Of a stretch of 64,000 bases of DNA, positions 26,691 to 37,822 are shown piece after piece (the first letter of the stretch is position 1; each line of letters opens with the position of its first letter). The notes under the pieces were generated by a model. The model was given only the letters and a program-made list of their open reading frames with translations, did no database searches and was not told the origin of the DNA. The DNA comes from Phoronis australis (taxonomy: Eukaryota; Animalia; Phoronida). Location of the stretch: NCBI GenBank assembly GCA_002633005.1, contig NMRA01000921.1, forward strand, positions 14,740 through 78,739, read 5' to 3'. The position numbers and the translations under genes are program-made.

Positions 26691-27531
26691 CTGGAAATCA
26701 TAATTTAGTTGCACCATCAATATTTTTATACAATGTACGTATCCATACTTCGAAGTTGAGGCTCAAAAGAAATGAAAATGCAATTGGTGAAATTTTGTAG
26801 TCCGTGTACAGGTATGTCTGCTTTTCTAATTTATACTAAACTGAAAGAAATGATACTAAAATTTAGTGGCAAAGGAGTTCAGCAATTTTTCTTATTTTAG
26901 TACCAAAAAACTTGTTCATCAGTAGTTAGAGCAGCCAGGACTTTGAATCGTGACAATTGTCTGACATAGTCATAGCGCCACCATGTGGATTAGCTTCTAA
27001 AAGTACGCATTGTAACAAATTCCGTGATGGAGCAGGAGTACTTTCGAACATATGATGACCTAACAAAATGTGTTAACAGAGAAGCCCTACACCAAATGAA
27101 TTAAAAAATGCCAAATAAGAAAATGAATATGCTTTCACAAGGTGCAAATGAAATAAAAATCCCCATTCATGCATAATACTATATGTAATTGAAATTTCTT
27201 TTGTTTTTGGAGAACATGCGTTTATAAATGTATTAGCGGAAAATCAATAAAAGACAGTTATGATACTTGGCGTTTCCCAAACGAAGTGTACAATTCTGTT
27301 TTCTCCATTCCTTGCAACATTTCTCAAACATTTGGAAGAGTATATGTTTTCAGCAATGTCATAATAGTTTGAACATACGGACCCATTAGCAGTTCGTACA
27401 AGGGGATTTGCAGTTTCGAAAAAAGACTCGAATTGCGTTGATAGGAGCTGATGCTGTTCATGCTAGAAATGAAAGAGGGGTATTGTCTGTCTAATGATGA
27501 GTTTTTAAATTTGAGAAAAATATTGACATAC

Positions 27532-27561
27532 CTCCACCTTCTCCACTTCTAGTTGTAGTGT
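27532..27561 (-). CDS. Gene B stalk micro-exon C (30 nt): (D)TTTRSGEGG
   Basis: tttgcag|ACACTACAACTAGAAGTGGAGAAGGTGGAG|gtatgt; in-frame 6-nt deletion relative to the other copies. Confidence 0.75.
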
Positions 27562-27758
27562 CTGCAAATTATAATTAAGTTTTATATTAAGTATTCATGT
27601 CTTTAATAACAAAAATGTGGTGCACAACAAATGCGCCACTAGGTGGCACGAAATATGCCGAATTCATGTGAAAATAGCAAAATGTCATTGTTTCTTTAAT
27701 GGAAAGGTAATGTCTGCCTAATATTAAGTTTCTAATTTGGAGAAAAATAATGACACAC

Positions 27759-27794
27759 CTCCACCTTCTCCACTTCCAGTTGGTTTAATAGTGT
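27759..27794 (-). CDS. Gene B stalk micro-exon D (36 nt): (D)TIKPTGSGEGG
   Basis: tttgcag|ACACTATTAAACCAACTGGAAGTGGAGAAGGTGGAG|gtgtgt; the donor is weaker than in the other copies. Confidence 0.7.
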
Positions 27795-27859
27795 CTGCAA
27801 ATTATAATTAAGTTTTATGATGGTAAGTATTCATATCTGTAAGCAGAAGTTGGTGCATG

Positions 27860-28200
27860 AGAAATGCGCCAATGAATGCACCGCCAATGATCTGCTTCGA
27901 GGGATGTTTATTTATATTCCAAAATGACCACTAGATGGCGCGAAATATGCCAATCTGAAAATAGCAACATGTCATTGTTTCTTTAATGGAAAGCTATTTA
28001 CCAAATTTCATGAAAAATTGTCAAATAACGTCAGAGAAAATTAGGAAAACTGAAAAAATGAAACTGCCACTAGGGGGCACAGCTTTTGCTGGGTCTATCC
28101 TCAAGTCGTCGTCCATTGTCAACGTCATATAACTACATGTGCTAAATTTAACAAAGATTCTGCAGTGGGTTTAGGAAGTGGAAAAAAAATGTCACTAGGA
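27860..28200 (+). mobile_element. Truncated family-1 HINE-like fragment
   Basis: AAATGCGCCA start, CCACTAGATGGCGCG, CCAAATTTCATGAAAA and AACTGCCACTAGGGGGCAC core motifs. Confidence 0.6.
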
Positions 28201-30945
28201 GGGGGTTGTACTGAAACCCCCTTGATCTTCAACCCCCTCGATCCACGACCCATGAGGTGCAACCCCCTCTACCCATGAACTGTGGCGATAGAGGTATCTG
28301 TGCCATTTTTACCTATTACACAATCTTATTACGTCGCTGGGCACCTTTCCCATAAGACATACTTTAACGCCAGTCTGCTCTGGCTGAAGTCTGGTGATAG
28401 GAAACAGAAAGTGGCATGGGAATTCCGGTGGTCTTGAATAAAGCATTGTGAGCGCGCTAGACGTCATCCCTATATCGTGCAAGTCAACATAACGTGCAGT
28501 ACAGTTAGACAAACGGCTATCAATGGCACAGTTCAGATAAACTTAGGGAGAGAGAGTACGTTAACGTGAATGTACATAATTTCATATTTTTATTATTCGC
28601 TCTATATTCGTTTACAATATACTCCATATAATGCTGGAATACTTTTTATGTAGTTAAATTTTTGTTTTTCAAACTGTATTTACTGGTGATTTTATAGTTT
28701 TGTTAGTTCCTCAAACTCACTAATAAATGCTTATCTGCCAAATTTTATGAAAATCTGTGGAGGATCTTTTAAGATACAGACTGAGGTAAATGTGAAAATC
28801 TAAAATTTAATGAAGATCCTGCAAAGCGTTAACAAGATGCAGGCATAGGTGCCAAAGTCAAACAAAATTGCCACAGTCTTATCAAATTTACCTGATGATG
28901 ATTACTGATTATTTTACAAACGTCATTTTCCAGCTACACATTAGCTTCATTTTTGTTTTCCCAGCATTTCTTACTTCTCATTTGGCCAAACACTAATATT
29001 ATTCTCGTGAAAGCGGCATAAGGACAACCTACTATTAACNNNNNNNNNNNNNNNNNNNNNNNNNNNNNNNNNNNNNNNNNNNNNNNNNNNNNNNNNNNNN
29101 NNNNNNNNNNNNNNNNNNNNNNNNNNNNNNNNNNNNNNNNNNNNNNNNNNNNNNNNNNNNNNNNNNNNNNNNNNNNNNNNNNNNNNNNNNNNNNNNNNNN
29201 NNNNNNNNNNNNNNNNNNNNNNNNNNNNNNNNNNNNNNNNNNNNNNNNNNNNNNNNNNNNNNNNNNNNNNNNNNNNNNNNNNNNNNNNNNNNNNNNNNNN
29301 NNNNNNNNNNNNNNNNNNNNNNNNNNNNNNNNNNNNNNNNNNNNNNNNNNNNNNNNNNNNNNNNNNNNNNNNNNNNNNNNNNNNNNNNNNNNNNNNNNNN
29401 NNNNNNNNNNNNNNNNNNNNNNNNNNNNNNNNNNNNNNNNNNNNNNNNNNNNNNNNNNNNNNNNNNNNNNNNNNNNNNNNNNNNNNNNNNNNNNNNNNNN
29501 NNNNNNNNNNNNNNNNNNNNNNNNNNNNNNNNNNNNNNNNNNNNNNNNNNNNNNNNNNNNNNNNNNNNNNNNNNNNNNNNNNNNNNNNNNNNNNNNNNNN
29601 NNNNNNNNNNNNNNNNNNNNNNNNNNNNNNNNNNNNNNNNNNNNNNNNNNNNNNNNNNNNNNNNNNNNNNNNNNNNNNNNNNNNNNNNNNNNNNNNNNNN
29701 NNNNNNNNNNNNNNNNNNNNNNNNNNNNNNNNNNNNNNNNNNNNNNAGATTATGTTTCAATGGTTTTTATGCAGATTCACGATGTTTTTAAAACGTCTAC
29801 AAACGGATCATATGACTTTAATAGCTTATTTAATGCATTAGAGTAAAATCAATGAAAAGACAGTTCTCGCACACAGAAACACAACGTCCTTTTGGACTAA
29901 AGACCCTTCTGTACGTAGGATTTCAATGCAGTTTTTTTGTTTTCCCCATTCGTTGCACCATATTCGCAATATTTGGAACAAGAGCAACGAAGAGCGTTGG
30001 AATGCGTCAACGAATTTGAAGTTGGGAACAATGACTTGAATTGCTTTGATACGAAAATGATGCTGTTAATGCGGCGTATCGACGGCTACCTACTGACCGA
30101 GAATGTCTGTGTTCCAATTTCCTAAAAAAGTGAAAGTTGCACAGAAATGGCAACGTTTTTGCACCGTACAAGAGTGTGGAGTGACGGTACGGAACATACC
30201 ACTCAGTCAGTAGCCACACTTTTTTCTGCATATTTCAGTCTAGGAATCGGGTTTCAACCGAACACAGAAGCGGCGTTAGGAGGAAGGACTGTCCACCATG
30301 TAGTGTATTTCTAAATTTTATAAATAACGGACAGAATGCTTCCATTCTAGGATGAGTGATGCTACGCCCTGGACCCGGGCTCAGAAGGAGTGCTAGGACA
30401 CGTAGGCTGATGCACGGTGTTTAGACCCCACTAATTCTACATGGCAACAGTGAATACGAGTGACCAAGGTTTAACACAGCCTTTGAGAGTTTACCACTCC
30501 TTGGTTCAGTTGGTTGTAGCTCACTTATGTCTGCGGCATTGATCGTGCAAGTGGTTCAAGTTTGTATGGTCTCAAAGTCGATGACATTTGTTGTCCGATT
30601 CTTCTAGTATTTGATTGTATTCCCGTATCTATACTCTCCTCTCTGTCCGCATAATAATTGTCAAAATCTCGCTCAAAATCGACCTCGTCTTCTGATCTGC
30701 TGTGTTCTGCCATTAATGCAATTGATTGTCAAGTGACCAAATATCTTCCTTCCATTACATCATTTGCAAATAACAAATTTTCCTTCAAAATTAAAAAATG
30801 GCTACCATTTGGCATAAAAAGGACTTATTCAGTTAGATTTTATGACATTCATTTCATATTAGCTAACTGAAACCTCAAAGACTAAGGAAATGCATTGTAG
30901 GAATTCATTAGGTTAATTTCAAGTTTAAGAAAAATATTGACATAC

Positions 30946-30981
30946 CTCCACCTTCTCCACTTTCAGTTGGCTTAATAGTGT
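30946..30981 (-). CDS. Gene B stalk micro-exon E (36 nt): (D)TIKPTESGEGG
   Basis: tttgcag|ACACTATTAAGCCAACTGAAAGTGGAGAAGGTGGAG|gtatgt; phase 1/1. Confidence 0.75.
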
Positions 30982-32257
30982 CTGCAAATTATAATTAAGT
31001 TTTATATTAAATATTCATATCTATAAGCAACAGTTGGTGCACAGCAGAAAGATGCAGGATGTGAAAAGATACTGTGCATGTATAGTTGTGACACATGGAA
31101 TGTCCTCATTTTCTAAATGGCAATTGTGGCAATTGCACTTCATTGAAATAAATGAAGTTGAACGTACACAAGTATTCCGTAAGTTTTTGGATTGGAAACA
31201 GGGGTTTGTAGCCAGGACCCGTAGATCTAATCTATGTCCACGAGTGTTTAACTGGCCGGACAACCTGTATGACGTGGTCGGAGCACCACCACCACGTGGA
31301 TTCTGGAAGTACGCCATTGCAGCAAATCCATGGATGACTGAGCAAAAGAATCTTCAAGCAAATGGTGAACTAACAAAACTTGTGAAACTTGTTGATGAAG
31401 AATTTAAGTTCTACTCAGAACACCAAAGTGATGTTCCATGAGTCTGGATACTTCGATAACGTGCAAAGCAAGGTGCTCCCGACGATTGTCATTGGAATTG
31501 AGTAATGCCTGAGAAGTCACATGATGACAAAAGTAATGTTGATTATCAACAGAGTAGCAATTCACCAGTCTGTCAGAATTATGCAGAGGTCGATTATATA
31601 GTATGCAACCAAAGACCACTTGAAGTTTTTAGCTAGCTTGTGAATACATCAAAACAAACACGTCCCGTACAATATTTCATCAAAATCCTTCAAGCACCAC
31701 GTTAAACGGACAGGTCCGAAAATGAAGGTCAGAATCTGATGTATTCTCTTCAACTGAAACACATACATCATAATACCACTATATCAATTATGGGGCTTGT
31801 TAGAATTTGAGATAAAACACAAAAAAGAAAAGAAAAGGCTGGTATTAATCATCCTTTGAACCCTGTAGCATAAAGAGATGAATAGTAACTGAAAAACCTG
31901 GAGACGTAAACATAATAAAAATGGCCGCAGGGGGAAAATTGGTATCCAATTCAAAATGGTGAGGTGTCGTCGTCTCTATAATATCAAAATATTTACCTAA
32001 TTTGAAAAAAAATCTGTCCAAAAATTGGGTATAGAATTTAAAAAACAACTTGACATTAGGGGGCAAATAAGAGGATAAACCACCATTTTATTCAAGCTCA
32101 ACTTGAAACAGACAGCTAGATTCAATATACGCGACTCACACCACATGAGAGGGCAAAATTTTTGTAGCAATTATTCGTAAGCAAGATCTCCATTTCAGGA
32201 CCGACCAAACTTGTGATAATTATACATCATTTGCGTTTTCCAACTACACAAACACAC

Positions 32258-32573
32258 CAACTTGCAGCCCTGAGGGGGCCAATGTTTGGACAATTTCTAG
32301 TGTGGGTGTGTGTGTCAGTGACACCACACTGAACATTGACGCATTAACACATATAAACAATCTCAGATTCAGTGATTGTAAAAGAGATGACGGGTTCACT
32401 GATAACGCTACTTCCATTGACATGCCGGCACCACATGTACTCGTGAGATGCGGGAATTGGTGGAGATGACGTGACACCTCCACAAGTCAAACTGACTTGA
32501 TCCTTGATGTAGTAGTCAAATGGTGATCGTTTTTAACATACTTGAATGTCAGCATCGGTTATAGGCACTGATG
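32258..32573 (-). pseudogene. Decayed Ig (C2/I-type) pseudo-exon within gene B
   Basis: Good acceptor (cttcttttcttttaatttttcaaccag). Phase-1 reading SVPITDADIQVC*KRSPFDYYIKDQVSLTCGGVTSSPPIPASHEYMW...VYMC, then a +1 frameshift to NASMFSVVSLTHTPTLEIVQ. One in-frame stop; 316 nt is not a multiple of 3. Confidence 0.6.
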
Positions 32574-33029
32574 CTGGTTGAAAAATTAAAAGAAAAGAAG
32601 CCATGAAATATACATTCTCAATCTAATACGGCAAGGTGAAATTCCTTGTCGAAACCCACCAATTGCACTTGGCCCATATTATGGAACGAAAACTGCTAGG
32701 AACTGTACGTAACTGCGATGAAGGGATACGTTAACACAGCACTCTCTAATGATGATGAATTTCTATATAACAAGTTTATTCAATGTATTTCAACCACCAG
32801 TCCTGAGGTATGTGTTGTGATTTTTGATTCAAGAATCAATACATTAAACTAATTAATTTTAATAATTTATCTTTTGCACCAACTCAGTTTCAGATTTGAT
32901 GGAGAAACGTTACATGGCTTGAGTTCTCCCCCCACCGCCTGCCTACGTAGGGAAGACTACTTGGCATTCAAGAAGAGCAGAAATCATCTTCAATCTCTTT
33001 TCCCTACATCAGGGGGATTTCAGAACACC

Positions 33030-33360
33030 TATATACGTCTAGTTTATATCCCTGATGATGTCAACACCTATAGGAAGCCCGTTAACAGCCTGAGAAACGA
33101 ACTAGTCCACCTCAAGGATCCCACCCCCTCGATCCCCAATGTTGTCATATCTCAAATGTCTTGCACTGAAGATCCATCTCATACCTACATCTGTGAGACT
33201 AAGCGATCCCTAGGTACCAGAATCAAAGAGCACAACAAACTGGACAAGTCCACAAGCATGGGAGAACATCCCGGAACATCTGGCCATACTGTAAGTGGTA
33301 AATGTGCCAAAACACTGTCTAAAGAAGAGAACTGGATCTCAAAGGAAGTTAAGGAATAAT
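33030..33360 (+). pseudogene. Penelope-like element GIY-YIG endonuclease remnant
   Basis: LRNELVHLKD...NVV-S-MSC...YICETKRSLGTRIKEH...S-MGEH...GH...K-L-KE-NW...KE matches the Penelope endonuclease pattern, with YIGET degenerated. Confidence 0.75.
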
Positions 33361-34158
33361 GAGACACAATATGGCAGACAAGAGAAATTTTACTTTGTCA
33401 AAGTTAAGGAATTTGTTATTTATTTTTTAACCCTTGTCTGTGTAATGTAACGGTCTCCAAACAATTGGTCAAATTTTGAGAATTCAAGCTATTTACTAAG
33501 CTTCTGAAAATCAGAGAAATGCAAATTTTAAGAACTACTTTTGTCCATGATTGAAAAATTTAAAAACAAATTATCAAGTATTTCATTATGGGTCAAAAGA
33601 AACAATAATTGCTACAGTAGTTATTTTCTATGCAAACTTGTTGATTCAGTTCGTGACTTACGAACCTTGATTGGGGGTTTCAGAATGAACTGTTGAACTA
33701 GATTATAAAATACACTGTAGACAGTATTTGACTGTTGCTGCCTATACCAAAACTGACTGTGTCTACTTGAACGACCTCACAAAACATCTAACTGTAACAA
33801 ATCTGCGGTACATTAAGCCAAAGTTCGACAAATCAACTGGTAGATCAAGAATTGGTAATTAGATTTTGCAATTTCAACCTGACATATTGTACCAGTCAGT
33901 ATAATTTGACCTAAAATCGCGACTCAGAAGACCAGACCTTGGAGTAATTTTTGGCCAGGGAAATGTGAAAGGCTTACCACATTGAAGTGGAGCAAACCTT
34001 CAAGATTTGAAAGTAATTCTCATGTTTTGACAATGCGTTGACATTTCAGAATATATGCATACAATTGTCCACACATAAGTACAATTTGCATAATGTTTAC
34101 GATAATCCCATACACAGTACAATTTTTTCAAGAGGAAAAAACAGAGTAAGTCTTCTGC

Positions 34159-35867
34159 AACAAGAGCAACGCGGAGCTTTGAAATGCGTCCACGAATGCA
34201 TCGCAAATGCTGTGCTTTTAGGGTTGCTTATTTGTGTCATAAAATGGGTACTAGATGGCTCAAAAACATGTAATCCTTCCGAATATGGGAACATGTCACT
34301 GATTCTTTAATAGAAATCTATACACAAAATTCCAAATTTCATAGAAATCCACCAAGGAACTTCAGAGAAACAAAGGAAAATGGAATAAAATGAAATTGCC
34401 ATAAGGGGGCACTCCACCTGTCTATTGTTTGCTTCATATAAATACATTTACTAAATTTAATAAAGATCCTCCAGTGGATTTAGGAGATACAGCTTTGGGC
34501 GCAAAACAAAACAAAACTACCACTAGGAGGAGCCAGAGTAGTCAAAGCCGTCATCATCAACCGTCCTCTTCACACTGAGAACATATATGATATGCTTAGG
34601 ATGATTTGGTTGATAGAGAGGTAGACTCGAAAACAGCAAAAAAATGGCCAATAGGTGATGCAAATTACGTTGATTCTATCCAAAAATGGGAGGATTGCGT
34701 CATCTCATCAATAGATGCCCGTATTCAAAATTTTATGGAAATCTGTTGAGGACCTTTGAACATACAGAGGTAAACGTAAAACTTAAATTGCCACCAGGGG
34801 GAATATCAGTATTCAGATCCATCCCAAAATAATCTTCGTTCGTTGTCAACATTATGTAAACACACTTATTAATTTTAGTAAAGATCCTACAAACAGTTAA
34901 GGAGATATAGCTATGGGCACAAAAACAAACTGTCACTAGGAGGCGCCACAGTAGTCAGTCATCAGAAAATCATCATCAGCCGTTAACTTTATAATAAAAA
35001 CATATATGCCAATTTTCACAATTATCCTGAAAGCGGATTGGTTTATAGAGGGGTGGACGCCAAAAGACAGACTCGAAAACAGTAAAAACGGCCACTGGAT
35101 GGCAAATCCATCTGAAAATGGAAAGACAGCATCACCTAACAGAAGCCTGTACGCCAAGTTTTATGAAAATACTTGAGGACCTTTGAAGATTCATAGGAAA
35201 ACATAAAAAATAAAATTGCCACTAGGTGGCACACCAGCCAACAGATCTGTCTGAAAGTCATTGTCGTCCATTCTCAAAATCATATAAATAAATGCACTTA
35301 CTAAATTTAGTAAAGATGCTGCCAAACGGTTAAAGAGATAAAGGCATAGGCACCAAAAATAAAACTGCCACTAGGAGGCGCCACAGTAGTTGAAGTCATC
35401 AGAAAATCATCGCCAACTTTCATCTTCATAGTAAAACATACATGCCAATTTTCACAATCACGCTTAAAGCAGTTTGGTTGATAGAGGGGTGGACATCAAA
35501 AAACAGACTTGAAAACAGTAAAAATGGCCATTAGGTGGGGCAAACCACCTCGAATTCATCCGAAAACGGGAGGATGATGTCATTTTACTACTTATGTACC
35601 AAATTTCATGAAAATACCTTGAGGACCTTTGAAGGCAAATGTAAAAAAACAAATTGCCACTAGGGGGCACACCGGTAGCTGGATAAGTCGGAAAGTTCGT
35701 TCATGACGTCCCATTAATGAAAGGAATACATGTCCAAAACTTCATGAGCATACCTCAATCGGTTTTGGGGATGCCAGAAGCTGGGCACCGGAAGCCAGAC
35801 GGACGCCGCTCGGACGGACGCAGATGACAGCATAATACGTCCATATATAAATATGTGGGCGCATAAT
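34159..35867 (+). mobile_element. Helentron/HINE-like element, family 1
   Basis: AACAAGAGCAACGCGGAGCTTTGAAATGCGTCCAC start, about 3 core units, GACG repeats, and 3' hairpin ending ATATGTGGGCGCATAATAA. Confidence 0.75.
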
Positions 35868-37663
35868 AAACCAAATTTGAGGGTAACTAACAGGAAAGTT
35901 AGTAAAAAGGTGAAAAGGTCAACCTTGAGACAGAAATTAAAACCGTGTTTCTGTTTCTGCTTCTGTTTCTGTGCTGACGTCAGAGGGTAGGCACCGGGAT
36001 AGTCTCTGGTACTCCTCCTTGCAGTATCGCACGCACTATAAATTTGGAGATGCTGTGCCTGTACTAAAATTTCTGGTCTCATCTAACATGCCATTCTAAC
36101 CAGGTGTCCTATAACTTTCAATTTTTTGGCTAAATGGACAAATGACCCTAAAAATTAGCTCGATTTTCATGTGTGTTGCTAATTCTTGTCATAAAAATGC
36201 TAATTATGGGTATTTCACTATACTATCAAATTTGTGCAATCACATGGACCCCAAACTTTATAAAAATAACATCTCAACTTTGGCACATAATTGACCTCAC
36301 TAGGTCAAAGGTCATCTCCTGGATATCATGGTGCCGTATGCCGTCCACTACAAAAGTGTTAAATAGTTAAGTTAATGTTAAGTTTTCAATCACAATTAAA
36401 TTATTAATTCCTGATTCTTATTTAACTAGTTACGCAATATAGACCAAAATTTTAGATCCTAGGAATTATTTGTTCAGTCAGAAATTGCGTGACAGACGTA
36501 CAGCGAATTTGTACGTTCGTCACCTCCGTCCATCACAGCCAAGAAATTACAATATTTCAGCCAATAAAAATAAACTTCGGTCATATTTTACTTTCAAACC
36601 TTGCAGAAGATAAACTGTTACAGTTGTTGACCACTTGTATCATTAGGAGGTGACACCAACAAGAAAACAATACATTACAGAAAGGGTCAATATATATGGC
36701 CACATCAGGCTACATTTGAATTTTCACAATTCTAATTCCAAAAGCAAGTTTTCAGTCAGCAGCTTTTCTGCTGACTTTTCCTAGATTTAGATTGACAACA
36801 GATGCTCACCAATGTGTCAAATCTTCCTTTTTGTTCCCTCACAGTTAGGCAGCTGCACAAAATAATGTGAAAGTGAAAACAATAAATTTTGTAAACCACG
36901 CTGCCTGACCTAACCCTAACCTCCACTTTCACTTTGACATGATTCTCTAAACAGTGTTGAGCTGGGAACAGATTTTGGGCTTGGCCTGCCAAGCTCTCAG
37001 TTGTTTAGTCTTGTGTTTGTAAGCAAGCAGTTCCTGACCTGGCATAATTGGATGATTCTGACTGGGCCATGGTTAAGACATTAAATGTATCTTGGTGTAA
37101 TAAGTTCTCTGTGTATGGGTCTTTTGTTTTAAGTTTAACAGTGGTGTTTTAGGAGATTTAATTGAAAGATATCATGAAAATTAGATGGTTGGAAGACTAC
37201 AATAGTCCATATCTCTATGCCATAAAGAAATCTTGTTGAAGAAACGTAGTGACACAAATATACACATTTCCATGGTGCATGCGGACACAGTGAAATAGGC
37301 CTACCCTCCACTATATGAAAAATGACCCCTATAAACTCAACTTGGAAACACCAGCCACTCGCATGTGGAAATCCTGCTGTTACTTGTCAAAGTAATTATA
37401 TGCATTTACTAAGGTATTCACAAGTGGTACTTATTCTCTTACTTCACATTTTTTGACGTGACAAAACGGTAGGATTGTCATTTTCGAGTTCTTTTATTGG
37501 CATTTAATGATTCTTCATTGTTGTTGAAGGTCAGGCCAAAATTTGGGACCCATTCAACCTCATGTTTACTGACTTTCTAAAACCGCTCTGAGGTGGTGGC
37601 GTATTACAACTATTATTAAAATCTCTTGGTCTATTTACACCGACCTCTAGTCTATATACACTG

Positions 37664-37707
37664 TCACGACGTTTCGGTCGGTCTATTCGCCGGCCGTCAT
37701 CAGGTGT
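37664..37707 (-). ncRNA. Minimal type-I hammerhead ribozyme motif (Penelope-type)
   Basis: Minus strand: CAC-CTGATGA-CGGCCGG cgaataga CCGACC-GAAAC-GTC-GTG. Intact CUGAUGA/GAAA core, stem II, palindromic ACGU stem III, GUC cleavage triplet, and CAC/GTG stem I. Confidence 0.65.
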
Positions 37708-37740
37708 TCCCGCGTTCTTAGAAAAACACCACTACACCAC

Positions 37741-37822
37741 GGAGTCATGACGTAGTGGTTAATGTGCTGGACTCTAATTATCTGTAGTTTCAGAAGTCGT
37801 GGGTTCAAATCTTGCCTAGGAC
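37741..37822 (+). promoter_or_regulatory. Pol III internal promoter (tRNA-derived SINE head)
   Basis: A box TGACGTAGTGG (37748-37758) and B box GGTTCAAATC (37802-37811). No clean cloverleaf, so not called a tRNA. Confidence 0.6.

Noticed and set aside
29035-29760. 241-aa ORF
   Set aside because: N-gap artefact.
31034-31441. 135-aa plus-strand ORF
   Set aside because: Non-ATG start, no recognisable motif and no supporting splice structure. Possibly a TE fragment.
33978-33997. Strong minus-strand donor (GTG|gtaagc)
   Set aside because: Nearby acceptors give 20 or 41 nt, which do not preserve the frame.
36810-36852. 43-nt segment with good minus-strand splice sites (cag...gtgagc)
   Set aside because: Stop codon in phase 1 and not a multiple of 3, so incompatible with the gene B phase pattern.
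37741-37822. Possible tRNA gene
   Set aside because: A and B boxes are present but the acceptor and anticodon stems do not pair convincingly; treated as a SINE head.
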